Below, piece by piece: positions 24,801 to 36,788 of a DNA stretch of 64,000 nucleotides. Source of the stretch: Nemertoderma westbladi (Eukaryota > Animalia > Xenacoelomorpha); contig JAUCBJ010008795.1 of the NCBI GenBank assembly GCA_032718475.1, positions 1 to 64,000 on the forward strand. The letters run 5' to 3'. Position numbers and translations under genes: made by a program. The stretch's first letter is position 1. The number at the start of each line of letters is the position of its first letter. Under the pieces are notes generated by a model. That model was not told the origin of the DNA. It saw only the letters and a list, made by a program, of their open reading frames with translations, and ran no database searches.

Positions 24801-26074
24801 AGCTCTATGTCGTCCTCGAGGTTTTGTATCTCTCGATCGAACTGTGGTAAGGCTAAATCCTTCACCGCTTGAACTTGTTGCTGTAATCTACGTTTTTCGA
24901 GGTAATCCTGTGTTCCCTTCCCGATTTTCTGTCGAATAGCGTCTAAAGCATTTCTAATAACGCTCTCTTCGACTTCCGTGGCAGGTTGAATCGGGGTTAA
25001 TCCGGGGCGGTTGTAGGGATTAAATGGCGATATAAGATGCCCGCGTCCTAATCCGGCTAGGTAGGATGGTCTAATGTCTAAAGAGCCCACTACCGGAGTA
25101 CCACCTATTAACTGTTCAGGTAACACCAAGTCTTTGAACAGAGAATATAGTTCGGGAGGATCGGTGATACTATTAGGATCAAGAGTTTGAGGTCTAACGG
25201 GTGAATGAGGAGGCCTAACCGAGTATTCCGGAACTCTGATTATGGGTTTATTGAGTGATCGTTTGAGGCGGGCGACCGTGGGCGACACATCGAATAGGTT
25301 TCGCTCGAAACTCCCGTACGTACAACGCGTAAAACTATGTTTAGCGCAACGTCTCCGCGGATGTTTATGTCTTTCCGTTTGTTGGTTGGGTCTAGGGCAT
25401 TCGTCACAATAATACCATAGACGTAAGTCCTGTAGAGGGAATGCGGGTGATCGTTCTCCCGTTTTGCAATACTCCTCCATTTGTGCAAAGCTATCGGGAA
25501 CCACGGGTAGTGGACGATCGGCCGTGAGATACATCATGGTGAAGTATAGTCGTTGGAGTTCTACCATGGGATCATGATGTATACCTTGAGGATATCGAGT
25601 CTCTAGGTTTTGTTGACTGGCAATATTGAGATAAGTTTCTCTCAAAAATTCCAGGTAGTCGTTGAAGTTGATACGCTTATCGGGTTCCTCAACGTTTTCT
25701 CGGTCGAGCCGGTTACGAATAGAGTTCTCGTGGTCTGTTCTTGATTTATCGTTACGACTCCGTTGAGCGTGGTATTTAAACAAAACCATTTCTCTTTCGG
25801 TGTCTACATCGTCCGTATCATGTAGGTCGATCGGATGGCCGGTGGTTAGAAAGTCCATATACGTACCATTACGGTGCGTGTAGCGAGCGGTGAATTTTCT
25901 ATAGTCCAATTCACGCGTGAGTTGTTCTTGGGACATCGGCGGTTCGATGTAACGACCATCTTCCTCGGCAGCAGTGGGACCGGGTTCACCACTCACCAAG
26001 CTATCCACAAACGCCTGCAAAGGTACATTATATCGCTCCCTGATACCAAGATCATCTTCTATCAATTCCGTCAT
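21821..26074 (-). CDS. Intronless ~1417-aa protein with a DEDDy (DnaQ/WRN/EXD-like) 3'-5' exonuclease domain and Cys/His zinc knuckles; probable retroelement accessory ORF
   Basis: ExoI VVTYDNE; LPQPVLEMLFNEKILKIGSAVYGDL (ExoII); FVDTQLIA; SIGHIAFQEYG; PLRPSLAIYTILE (ExoIII-like). C-terminal CRLC...H, CAYC...H...C and CHHCQLKGHASFDC. First ATG is at 26074 (the track starts at a TTG). Confidence 0.75.
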   Translation of the reverse strand: MTELIEDDLGIRERYNVPLQAFVDSLVSGEPGPTAAEEDGRYIEPPMSQEQLTRELDYRKFTARYTHRNGTYMDFLTTGHPIDLHDTDDVDTEREMVLFKYHAQRSRNDKSRTDHENSIRNRLDRENVEEPDKRINFNDYLEFLRETYLNIASQQNLETRYPQGIHHDPMVELQRLYFTMMYLTADRPLPVVPDSFAQMEEYCKTGERSPAFPLQDLRLWYYCDECPRPNQQTERHKHPRRRCAKHSFTRCTYGSFERNLFDVSPTVARLKRSLNKPIIRVPEYSVRPPHSPVRPQTLDPNSITDPPELYSLFKDLVLPEQLIGGTPVVGSLDIRPSYLAGLGRGHLISPFNPYNRPGLTPIQPATEVEESVIRNALDAIRQKIGKGTQDYLEKRRLQQQVQAVKDLALPQFDREIQNLEDDIELGRTYSLQEFLDERMRQRAEENQLEKKHTEMDEREEAALAQPETQILMTDLYSKTIRHPSMIPNFGDKLFAKVQPQPVDISTGSHQLIADAPMLQRQPIEAARVDGILVEPPDNRADLVRRMVHDINIRARPLTNSFYGIKDHPYYVNLTQYYMIKPEDPMHSLKFLPLINPLDIVELEQLQKHLDQLVKVNSFRKPYNISRIENDTIPPYNLDGFIKTRLVHWNLDVLFEEERIKRHGNMETCNTQSLKYSDLPDANQCATLWHPVGMTLENATKEWNETLNIIEMYGVVTYDNEGSVPVGELGTTRMIHIRGLAGSTHVFTRACSDVVDYSFETLTETQKNLRHGQFVLAQRYVIDTERKPAMGIDGSMLPQPVLEMLFNEKILKIGSAVYGDLQNDFRNMEDTPYPFVDTQLIAPWAEGRGFFRTMYANTSNDITKVQRTSIGHIAFQEYGWNFKVGNSLNYQQVYGDHYSRLYFDGPLTAPGAVYSFMSVPLRPSLAIYTILENTALSGWLADVCSRTIRAHPLILGTKLAKLDEHNKFIRFECFRRFLTPFHNVDSQFKDRALTKLSLRSSAAEKLDSAGFALFKDICIENLHSSVIQRPRLTTGYSVVEIQTVGPPEESTTLAAATHWEDEPMCMESEEIQPTTPRNSDNDYIIEWYQGPQCLTAYDYRHANYVDRQRCRLCASRDHITPMDTNILCSYFHEQPSMEIYCAYCRLNDSHIFAVCPQFMTQCHHCQLKGHASFDCPFNKDLESVDEMIVLRYIRAWEANADLHCNSRHRYYPGRAYEGVYAFHPYLFASVEQKACIPSYELLKRVGECISTKFVRKFLRRVNPNDIHSYYLINFIRRDPDYGELFVNSHPELQEVYRRPYEYRARERELERTVKPRQFLTAYGPPTASVQTTRRGPVRAAVLKRALKAVRPQSPDVDDNLPGTSTGGYTDNNPAPSDAIILHPSPRSYSPPCKVARPKEKRTLASFKKLRKRRPRKKD

Positions 26075-26914
26075 ATTTGCTATCGAATCCACCAATATTA
26101 TAACAAGTTATATGTTTTAGGTCAGCGGGCGTCGCTGCCTACTAATCGCGGCCCCCCGGACAGTGGGATTCTCAGCGCCGATGTACCGCTGTCGCGGTGT
26201 TTACGCCAACGTTGTGGCAACAGCACGACAACGATAACCGACACAAGTCCCTCCACTGTCCGTCCCAAAGGCTTGTTATCACTTGAGGTTCTTGCTATGG
26301 GAGAGTTGGGCTACTTTACAATTGCGACTAGCTACGGTAAACACACTTTAGCAGTAACATTCACCTACAAACGCACAAATTCCACACAACAGCTACCATC
26401 TACAATCATACAGGCCACTTGTCCGTTAGTCAGTGCTTTCCAAAATGTCACGTTGTTATTGTGTATCCTTGGATACCAACAGTGTGCTATGTAATCACTA
26501 TGCTAGGCAATGGGCAAGCTTTCTATTGTTCTGTTAACTCGTTTCTAATTCTGTTAACTCGTTTCTAATTCTAGCGTGGGTGTTGCTATGGTGACATTAT
26601 GTAAAGCTAGCGGTAGAATTAGGGTAATTCTCATGCATACAGATCTGGGATGCTGTTTGATAGTAAGTCTTTAATTGTCAAGATCCTCTTTATACATGAT
26701 TTTATGAATTTTGTCGGCTATTGACTATATGTTGGAGATTCTTGCACTCTAATACACTCAATAGGATTAATCTCCGCTCCCGTGATCTATTAATTAGTGG
26801 AATTTTGGGAATATTAGAAATTGTGCAAAATGACAATTTATTAAATTCATAAAATATGAATTTTAAATTTATTCCCGTGAATTTTATTATTTGATGGTAA
26901 GATTGACACAATTT

Positions 26915-27205
26915 TGATTCCAGAACATATCTGGGGACATAAGATCCTTAATTCTATAAAATGGTCTTTTAAGAATACCGGTAAGTGCTACGATATCTTA
27001 ATTAACTAGAAATTTTAAAGGATCTGAATTTGACAGATTTTAATAAATATTAAATTAATATTTAAGATGGGCACCGATTTATTCCAGAACTTGTCTGGGG
27101 ACGTTAACCACTGATTCTAGAATTTGTCTTTCAAGTATATCGGTGGGTGCCACGATATCTTAATCGACTAGAATTACAGATGGTCAAAAGTTTAACAGAT
27201 TTATT
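26915..27205. repeat. Diverged ~165-bp direct repeat between the two large ORFs
   Basis: ATTCCAGAAC...TCTGGGGAC...ACGATATCTTAAT..ACTAGAA...ACAGATTT occurs twice. Confidence 0.75.
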
Positions 27206-27711
27206 TGCGTTTTACGCTACTGTTAAAGGGACATCACGCTACTATATGTATTATTTAATATAGGTAGAAGAGCAATATCGCACAAGGCAATGTCAGTGTG
27301 AAGAGGCAAGTCGTTTCCAAGGTCTACCCAGAGCTTGGTTTAGCCGAGACACGAGGATCTGAACTTTGCATTCCTAATACTCTGCCTACCAATAATACTG
27401 AAAATATAGTAGTGGCTTTATTGTACTTTAATAAGTACGGACATTTCATCTTACTGTAGTCTCGCATTTATAATATAATACGGACAGTAAGGAAAGAGAA
27501 AATAATTATTTCTCGCCGTCGCACTAAGTATATTATGTAATTACGTAATAAACACTAATATATTGCACTAATCTACTAAATAATCTAAAATAACACTCTA
27601 CTAAATAAAATTAAATAAAACGATTATAATAAAATACATAGTAATACATACATAAATATAAAATAAAAACAAATATAAAATAATATAGTCACACACCCAC
27701 TCCATATATTA

Positions 27712-30700
27712 TTACGTGATGGAGTCCCTAGATATTTGTCGAATTAGGGAAGTGGTCGTAGGAAGAGTATCTTGCCTTCCATGGTTTCCGGACAGTTTTC
27801 GGTCTCTTCCCGGTAAACCTAAACGACCAGCTGGGCGATTAGGCCGTCGTGATATTTCCTCCGCTCCCTTGGCCTGTCTAATCTCCGCCGCGGCAAGACG
27901 AGGAGGCCATTCTTCTTCTTCTTTACTTAGGGAGTCGGGTCCACCCAACCAGCCGGGAGTATCTATCCGTTCTTGAGGAGTTACTCCTCTGGAAGCGATG
28001 TCGGCTAGATTAATCGTCTCGGGTCGATGTCTCCATTGATCTACATTGGAGTTGATATCGTCGCTATCTGAGGAGTATGTTGTTCCCTCAGTGGCTTCGT
28101 CCACCTCACTGCTCTCCTCTTCCCAAGCTTTTACTTGAAGTATCCGGTCTTGTGGCAGTCTTTCTTCAAGGGTTCTGCGGGAAGGGCCAGTGAAGTACCA
28201 ACCTACTCGAGTTCTTACCGCATAAGGTTGTAATGGCTGCGGTTGAGCAGGCCGTTTCTCTAACGTCTCGAGCGCCTCATGCGCGTTTTGGCCGATAAGG
28301 ATTTGTACTCCAGGATAATCAGTTTGGAATCGAGGTATTCCCAAATGTTGGATGTTCTCGTCCTCGTCCCAGTCATAAGGTTCTACTTGAGTAGTAGCGA
28401 AGTTCTTTATTGCCACCATTTTTACTGACTCTATACTTTGTTCCCCTAATTTATCCTGTGGAGTGGACAATGCGCCGATATAATAATCTGCCATTAAGGT
28501 AGATTTCCAAACCTGCATAATTCCGGACATATTTAACTTAGTTCGGAATTTGGGTTGTCCAGCAAAAATATCCTCGGCTAACTCCTTGTCGATGAATGTT
28601 CCGGTGCTACCTGAGTCAAGGAGGGCGTTCACTATGTAACTTTTGTTGGGACCGTGAACTCTTACCTGGACTACCGGAAATTCTCGTATTCCTATGTTGG
28701 ATGTTGGAGTTTTCCGAGATGGTTGCTTGTCCAAGGAGGTTGATGGAAACTCCGTGTCGTTATCCTTTTCGTACGTAAGTGCTCGATACACTGCGGTGTT
28801 TATTAGATAACAGGATTCGTTGGCATCAGAGAATTCGTCAGTATAGAATCCTTCCCACTCAGAACTTTGGTCAGTGTCGTTCACATCACTGAATTGGACA
28901 TGTGATTTGGGCTCACTTACCTGACTCGGGTGGTTTCGTTCGAATTCTGTGTGCAATAAGCTATGATGTTTCGCGCCGCACTTAGCACACCTTGCGTTAT
29001 AGTAACAGGTTCGCCGCTGGTGTCCGCGTCTGAGACAGTTAGAACACAACCGCTTATCCCACAGGACTCCACGTCTACCTGCCAGGGATTTCTTTAGGAA
29101 TTCTGCACACACCCTCAAACGGTGGGGCCCGTCGCACAGCGCACATTTTGGTTTGATGTTACTCACTTTAACTTGGGCAATGTTATGCACTTTGGTTCTT
29201 TCTTCGGGCTTTCTTACCTGAATTCTTTTGGGAGACTGAGGAGGGGTCTTAGTGAGCTTGTCTCTCCTATCATTGGTTCGAGGCTGGTATTTACTTACGT
29301 CTCTCAGGGTTTTGTGGTCATCGTAAGATCTTGCTGTGTCTTTCCCGCTGTCCTCTTCATGGGAGGTCTGGCTTTCGCCGTCGTCAGTATAACATACGGG
29401 TATTATTCTTTTCCTAGAAACGGGTTTTTCACTTACCTGATTTTCCGATGTTTTTTCCCTGGATTGCTTTATTAGTTGTAGTTTGACCTCACGGTCTAGG
29501 AATGACATGAGATCCGCCATGGTGGGGCTCCGTCGTTGTTGCTCCATCATATACAACACTTTCTTGTCCCAACGTGTACATACTCCACCCTTTGGCAAAG
29601 TAGAGACTATAGCTCCGATAACCATGGAGCTCTGATATTCATGGGACTTACCTAACCAATCCAATTGTCGGCAGATTTCTTGAATCTCATCGGAAAACTC
29701 TATAATCTCGTTACTAAGGAACTTTCGAGGAGCTACCAGTTTTGCATACAAATACTTAGCGATATTATCTTTATTACCATACCTGGTGTTTAACGTGTCC
29801 CAGACTTGTCTTAATCCATTTGGATGTCCAATAAACTTCAACGCCATTAACTTGGGAGGTCCTTCCAAACATTTGATGAGGAATCTCAGTTTCTCTCCGC
29901 TAGATAGTACAGAGTTCTGTATGCTATCTTCATAGTATTCTTTAAAAGGTAACCATTTCATCTCATCACCGTTGAATTTGACAATTTCTCCCACTTTGAC
30001 CGCTTGGCGGGCTTCTGTTCTAGCCATCTGACGCGTAAAGCTTTCTTGGGCCATCGTGTTATTTAATATCGAATTATCGGTATATAAATTTTGCGGATTA
30101 TTATCAGGTCTATAGGGAATATCATTACTCACAGGTTTGTAATCTCCTTTAATAGGGTTTACTATAGGAGTTTCTACATCGCTAGCAGTATATATGCGTA
30201 TAGGCGACACACCTTGCGCATGATACACTTCAGACCTAGCAGGTTGACACAGGGTTACAGGGGGTGTTTCTACTTTACTAGCAGTATATATGCGTGTAGG
30301 CGACACACCTCGCGCATGATACACTTCAGACCTAGCAGGTTGACACAGGGTTACAGGGGGTGTTGGTATTCCCCTTTGTATATTGACTAATTTGTCGCGC
30401 TCTAATGCGATATTTTGCTGCACTTCTTGCAGCTCTATCCTACTATCCCTTACGGTTCCCTTGAGTTGGTAGACAGTCCCTTCTAAGTCCCGGATCTGTT
30501 GCGAGGAACAGTCCCGCTGTTCCCGCATTTGACCGAGCAAGAGACTCATCTCCCGCCGTCCCTTCTCCACCCACTCGACCGCCGAAGCGGGAGTCGCCAA
30601 CGTTGTAGCGGGCCGTATCGGGGCGACGGGAGACAGATCTTGTATGTCTCTCTCGGTCTCCAGAACCGGGGCTTGGGCTGCTCCACCAGGTGCCGTTAGT

Positions 30701-31929
30701 TTAATAGTACTGTGTAAAGGGAATTTGGTAGTAGGTTTGGGGAGTACAGGGGTCTCTCTCACCGAAGTGGTGTTTTCTAGAACAGGCCTAATTATTTCCG
30801 GCTCATCTACTATAGTAGGGAGTCTGGTAATGGTAATAGTTTGGTCTGTGGGTTCTGTACTCGCTACTGCAGTGCTAGATATTTGTCTTCTAACAGCTGG
30901 AGGCAAATCAGGCAATCTCTGACGTGGAGACATTCTTTTACGCCTACTGAGACGGGATCTATTTCCTCCACCTTCAGGGTCGGTAGTGTCTCCTTCCTCC
31001 GATGATGTATACCCTTGGCGTTTCGAAGTAGATCGACTCAGTATCTTCATTCGACTTTCTGTGAGGCGTTTATCGATGTAATCATGTGTCTCTTGCAGAT
31101 TTGCCAACTCTAGTTGGGCGATCTCGTCAGAAGCTCTCCTTTCCGCTTCTGCCAATTTTCTTTCTGCCTCTGCCTCTGCCGCTGCCGCTGCTAATTTTCT
31201 TTCTGCCTCTGCCTCTGCTGCTGCCTTTTTTGCTGCCTCTTTTGCTGCCTCTGCCTCTGTCACTGCCGCTGCTATCTTTCTTGCTGCCTCTGCCTCTGCC
31301 ACTGCTACTGCCTTTCGATCTTCTATTCGTTTTTTCTGGACTTGTGTTTCCCGGGCTCTAGCGATGCGTCTTTCCTCATCAAATTTAGCTTGATCTTCAG
31401 CTAACATCTCAGCATCAAGGTTGTCCAATACACGCTTAGCCCCTACACTATTAGGTGTAAATCCATGCAACCGTCTTCTCAACTCCTCGTCTCCTATGAA
31501 TCGCTGATAATCTGACAAATATGTATCAATTGCATCTCTCTTTTGTGGTCCTTCTGGTGTCTCTTCGGATTCCACTTGAGAAAGGAGGGCATCAGTTGAT
31601 TCATCGTAGGATGGTTGCTCTGTCAGCCGGGGTTTCCACTGGGTTGTCTCTTTAACTTCGCGCTCTATTCGCTGGAACCAAGTTTTGACAGCGACTTGCA
31701 GAGAAGTGTCCTGCTTTCTTTTCGACGTTTCCTCAAAGGCCGATAGGATCAGTCTAATACGTAAGGTACTGGCACGTACTTGATAACGCAGCTCTTCTTG
31801 TTCTTGAGGTCCTGGGGTTTGTCTAAACAACTGTTCCTGCTTCTGTAAGGAGTTGAAAAAACCCCGCACATATCCTGCTGCGGACTTCTTCCAAACAGCT
31901 GGATCCATAGTATCTTTAGCCACCCCCAT
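27712..31929 (-). mobile_element. BEL/Pao gag-protease ORF (~1405 aa), open but lacking RT, most of RNase H, and integrase
   Basis: DUF1759-like KFNGDEMKWLPFKEYYEDSI...EKLRFLIKCLEG...LNTRYGN; three knuckles (CALCDGPH..C, CSNCLRRGH...C, CAKCGAKHHSLLH); ALLDSGS protease; ILIGQN; TRVGWYFTGP; RNase H tail remnant QWRHRPETINLADIASRG...WLGGP. Confidence 0.92.
30180..30365 (-). repeat. In-frame 96-bp tandem duplication in gag
   Basis: TPPVTLCQPARSEVYHA.GVSP.RIYTAS.VE occurs twice. Confidence 0.9.
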
Positions 31930-32509
31930 CTTGTGTATATCTTCCCAAGTCACTTCTGACTAGCTTAAAAAAATTAATTAGCTACCATAAAAAACACTCG
32001 GCTACCATAAAAAAGCACTACTGTATCTACCTCAAAAACACAGGCCTACCATATGATAATTTAACATCCGTGAGTCGGCTAATTATACTAAAAACACTAA
32101 ATAGAATATAAAAAATAATCTGCGTCGTGTTGGTAACACTTGATGAACACAGAACATTGCCAGATGTTCCCTAGGTAACATCATTAATTAAACTTAGTAA
32201 CTTTAATGCTAGGCCTATACAGCATAAGAACCACCATCCTCTTTGATAGTTTTAATTATGTTGAGGCCTGGTCTTGTTAATTAAAATCCGCCAGTCAATC
32301 TAGCAAAAAAAGGGGGGGGGGGGGCAATCTTTATCTATTTCGTAATTTATCCAAATAAAATTTTATTTTATTTTGCTACCAAAAAGTCAACAAAAATAAA
32401 GTTAGCGGATTACTTTCAATTTTCTATAGCAACATGTGTGTTACATAGCAACAAGGTAATTATTGGATGGGTAACCAGTTTGACTGATAAACATACACAT
32501 CATGGGATA

Positions 32510-34290
32510 AAATAATTATTTATTGCATGGGGAAAAAAGTAGAACTTTTTTCACTATTCTAGAGGCATTTTATTTACCGACGGTCAGCGAGGTTAATAAA
32601 GGGTCGAGAGAATATTGAAAAAAAATGTTCTACGTTTTTTTCCTATGTAATACGTAATTTTATTTTTAAATTGGTACATTTTTGTTGCTTACAGTAATTC
32701 TTTAATAAAACGTACAGCGATATAGTGTTACAAAATAAATTGAACTGTAGTATTTTACTTTATTGCTTCCATAGTTACTGCAATTCAAATTACTGTACTC
32801 TTTAACTCCTGATGCTGCCTTATACTTAATAATAATAATATAATTAATATATTTATTATATAATAATAATGCCTTATTACTCAATGTTAAATAATTTACT
32901 GCTCAATTGAATATTTGTTACGTAACTAGAGAGCCGCTTAACAACATAAACCAATATTGGATATTTAGTTCCGTTTTGGAGAACGCCGCGCAGGCACTAA
33001 ATTTACCATAACTTTTGAGTGTGTGAATGGATTTTGCTCAAATTACGTGCAAACCATTACTACGTCGATGCTCTTTCAACATATTTAATCAAATTTGAGA
33101 AATTCCACCAAAAATATTTTATTTTACTTTTTTTCGCCGTGAAATAAAGTAAAATCAATGCAATACTATGGGCTATTTTTTTTTTCCCTAGGTTACTTTT
33201 TCGTTCGAATTTAGACCAGAATCAGGAGAAAACGCACTTTTTTTCCATAGGGAAAAAGTAACCCATAGGATTGCATTGATTTTACTTTTTTTCTCGGCGA
33301 AAAAAGTAAATTATAATTATTTATTACATGGGAAAAAAAGTAGAACATTTTATTCATTATTCTCGAGGCATTTTATTTACCGAGCGTCAGCGAGGTTAAT
33401 AAAGGGTCGAGAGAATATTGAAAAAAAAATGGATCTACGTTTTTTTTCCCTGTAATACGTAATTTTATTCTTAAATTGGTACTTGTTTGTTGCTAAACTC
33501 TCTAATAAAACATATCGATATACTACAGTACAGTAGTGTTACAAAATTAATTGAACTGTAGTATTTAACTATATTGCTTCCATAGTTACTGCGATTCATA
33601 TTATTGTACTCTTCAACTCCTGATGCTGCCTTACTCAATGTTAAATAATTTAGTGTTCTCGAATATTTATTACGTAACTAGATAGCCGCTTAACAACATA
33701 AACCTATATTGGATATTATGTTCCGTTTAGGGGTACGGCTTGCAGACTCTAAAGTTGCAATAAACTTTTGAGTGTGTGAATGGATTTTGTTCAAATTACT
33801 TGCAAACCTTTTCTACGCCGATGTTCTTTCAATATATGTAATAAAATATAAGAAATTTCACCAAAAATATTTTACTTTACTTTTTTCGCCAGGAAAAGGG
33901 TTACTTTTTTCCCTAGGGAAAAAAAGTGAAACTTTTTCTCCCGATTATGGGGTATATTCGAGCGAAAAAGTAACAATTTAAAAATAAAAATATAGTTTTG
34001 CTAGAATTTCTGAAATTTTGTTAAATGTGTCCAAAGAGCATTGACGTAGAAAAGGTTTGCACGTAATTTGAGCAAAATCCATGCCCGCACTCAGGAGTTA
34101 TGGCAAATTTAGTGTCTGCTCAGCGAACTCTAAAAAGGAACTCAATATCCATTATTGGTTTGTGTTGTTAAGCGACTCTCTAGTTATGTAATAAATATTC
34201 GAGAACACTAAATTATTTAGGAGTTAAAGAGTACAGTTATTTGAATTGCAGTAACTATGGAAGCAATATAGTAAAATACTATAGAGTTAA
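32510..34290. repeat. Composite AT-rich repeat: two ~800-bp direct copies plus an inverted partial copy; unclassified non-autonomous DNA element
   Basis: 32512-33310 resembles 33313-33980 (both contain TTTACCGA..GTCAGCGAGGTTAATAAAGGGTCGAGAG). 33990-34290 is the reverse complement of the unit core. Confidence 0.75.
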
Positions 34291-35624
34291 AGCTTTTGCG
34301 GCAAAAATGTGTCGTTATCGTGCTTGGCGTAGATCGACCGGTGATTTCTTTAGCCTCATCGGATGAATAAGACTAAATGCTTTGGTCACTCCAGCAGATG
34401 CTGTGGTTCTTTTAGCTGTTCAAGAATATTTAACTGCGAGTTATATGTTATACAAGTGTTAGTATCTAACTAGGGTTTAGAGTACAACACTTTCCTGAAA
34501 TTTAATTTAGTGTGCACGCAGTATTTTTGTGTTGTAAAGTGGTTAATAGGTCCGTTAGCGTAGGCTATGATAATTAACTTCTAGGTAAAGGACACTCCGG
34601 GTACATTTGTTTATAGTGTACACTATAAGCCGTCAGACGGTGGCATTTCCTTATCTGGACAACACAACGTATTGAATGCTACTTTATTAGTTTCAAAATT
34701 CCATAGTACACCCCGTAAGAACCAGAAATTCGAAGTTCTGGTTAGTAACAATCCTGTTAAAATTACCCTTAAAATTGTCCATGTAACTTTTGATTATTCT
34801 TTATTTAGAGATTGTGTACTGTAGTCTCAACCCTTTGTATATACTTAAGTAATTTAGTAGTGATAAGTAACTTAGTCAGTAAAAAATATTCTTATTTAGT
34901 GTCTAGTAACTCTCCATTAGGAGTGTTAACCATCTTTACTGTGACTTCTAAACTTAGAAATAATAACATCTATTTCAATATTGATTAAACCCACTATGGG
35001 TATATATATATTTTTTCTATTATAAATTAAATTTAATCATATTTATAAGCTCGTTAGGCCTGTTAAACAACAATTAGGTCATTATATATGCTGAGTCTAT
35101 TGCATAACTTCAGCAATATAGTAAAGGAAATAATTCCTGTAATCTGATATAATCAGCCATCATTTAATTATTGGTAATACCGGTATCTACAGTAAGCTTA
35201 TTATATATTTATAATTTAGGCTGGACACATATACTGGTACTTAGTGATTAATGATTAATGACTCTGCTGTAATACTGTTATATATACGAATATACCTGTA
35301 TACTATATAGTGTATACCGGTATTTAATAATTGTTATCTACCTATATTATATAATGTAGCAATATTAGTAACTATAGGACTGACAGTTGATACTGGTTAA
35401 TATTGGACTTGCTGTTAACTGTTGTGATAGTAATAGGCATTCAGCTACGATCTTAAATTATGTCTGATCCTAAACATATACTGTCAGATAGCACCTTAGA
35501 ACAGACAGTCTGTGAACCAGATAGCAGTCTAGAAAGGACCCGAGCAAGGTCTAAGGTGGGTAGGTGGGTGGGGTACCTACCATACATTGACAGCTGTAGT
35601 CTGTTTGAGTCATAAACTACCTTG

Positions 35625-36400
35625 GCCACAATACAGTAAGGCGGTGATCACTGGAGAAGGGTCAAAGTGTAAATGCATTACAGTCTTGTATAGAGCTCCT
35701 GTATTTCCTACGAAACAGAATATGGTCTATCTGGAACTTGTGACCACTGGGTCCACTATGTGTCCATAGTTTTCCAGTTCGCTTCTTTAGCTGGGTTCCA
35801 GCCAAAAACAATCCATTTCCAGAGATAAAATCCTGAAGATGGACGCAATTTCGGTTAACACTATTGCTATAGACCCAGGGCGATGTAGGTGATTGATGCA
35901 GACTTGCATTAAAGTCTCCCAGGAATGTTAAGAATGCATGCTGATCCACTCCATCAGTAGCTGCTTGTAGATTGTGGTAGAAATTTTCCACCTCCTCTAC
36001 AGGGGCAACACTAGATGGAGAGTAGAACACAATCAGAACCACCTTTGGAAACTTCTTAGCAAGTCTTCCAGAACATGAGAAGTGGCAACGGATGATGCGG
36101 GTAGAGATTTGGTCTATTTTGTCCAATGCTGCATGTGCAGTTGGATTCATCAATAGACCAATTCCACCATTGCCACTATCATCTGCTGACGCGAGGGCGA
36201 GTCGCCAACTGCCCCCATGTCCTTAATCAGAACCTCATCAGTCTGTCCAGTCTGCATTCGGTGCTCTTGAACACCCACTGCGATAAGAGAAAGCTTATCT
36301 GCCAAGGCAGTCAGCTCAACTTGTCGCATTGGGGACCCGAGTGTTAGTGTGTTTACTGAGGCTAGTCTAGTGACTTGCCTCAGATTCACTGTGACGGGAT
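35625..36400 (-). mobile_element. RTE-like LINE AP-endonuclease domain, frameshifted and 3'-truncated
   Basis: ASVNTLTL, GVQEHR, FYSP, ENFYHNLQ, LGDFNA, WTH...QIDHIL and SSDHR motifs. Confidence 0.9.
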
Positions 36401-36788
36401 CATGGGATCCCGACCGGTTTATTAAGTTACGCGTCGCCGTGTTGTTGAGAATAGGAAAATAGTTTGTTGTTGCTTTGATATTTGTTATAGATATACAAAA
36501 TGGATAATATATGACAGAACAGTTCACAGAATAATATGATAGCAGTATGCAGTATAATAATTGATATGATGTAGTGACGGTGACGGTGCGAAATGTCACC
36601 GGTCTGCACTGAGTGACTGAGTAAACTGAACGACTGACCGGTAATGAGATATAATATTGTATGTCTAATTATGGCTACACTACTTTGGCCCTCGTTCAGT
36701 GGATGCTTTCCGCTCCCATTGGTTGATAACCTACTTCACGCCTCTCACCTCTGTGGGAGTGTTTCCCCCCCCCCCCCCCCGCTGTTGG

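Noticed and set aside
25874-26494. 206-aa + strand ORF
   Set aside because: Non-ATG start, no recognisable motifs, partly antisense to the large ORF
34700-35503. Possible 5' LTR and PBS of the minus-strand BEL element
   Set aside because: TGT...ACA ends can be found, but there is no similarity to the candidate 3' LTR and no convincing tRNA match
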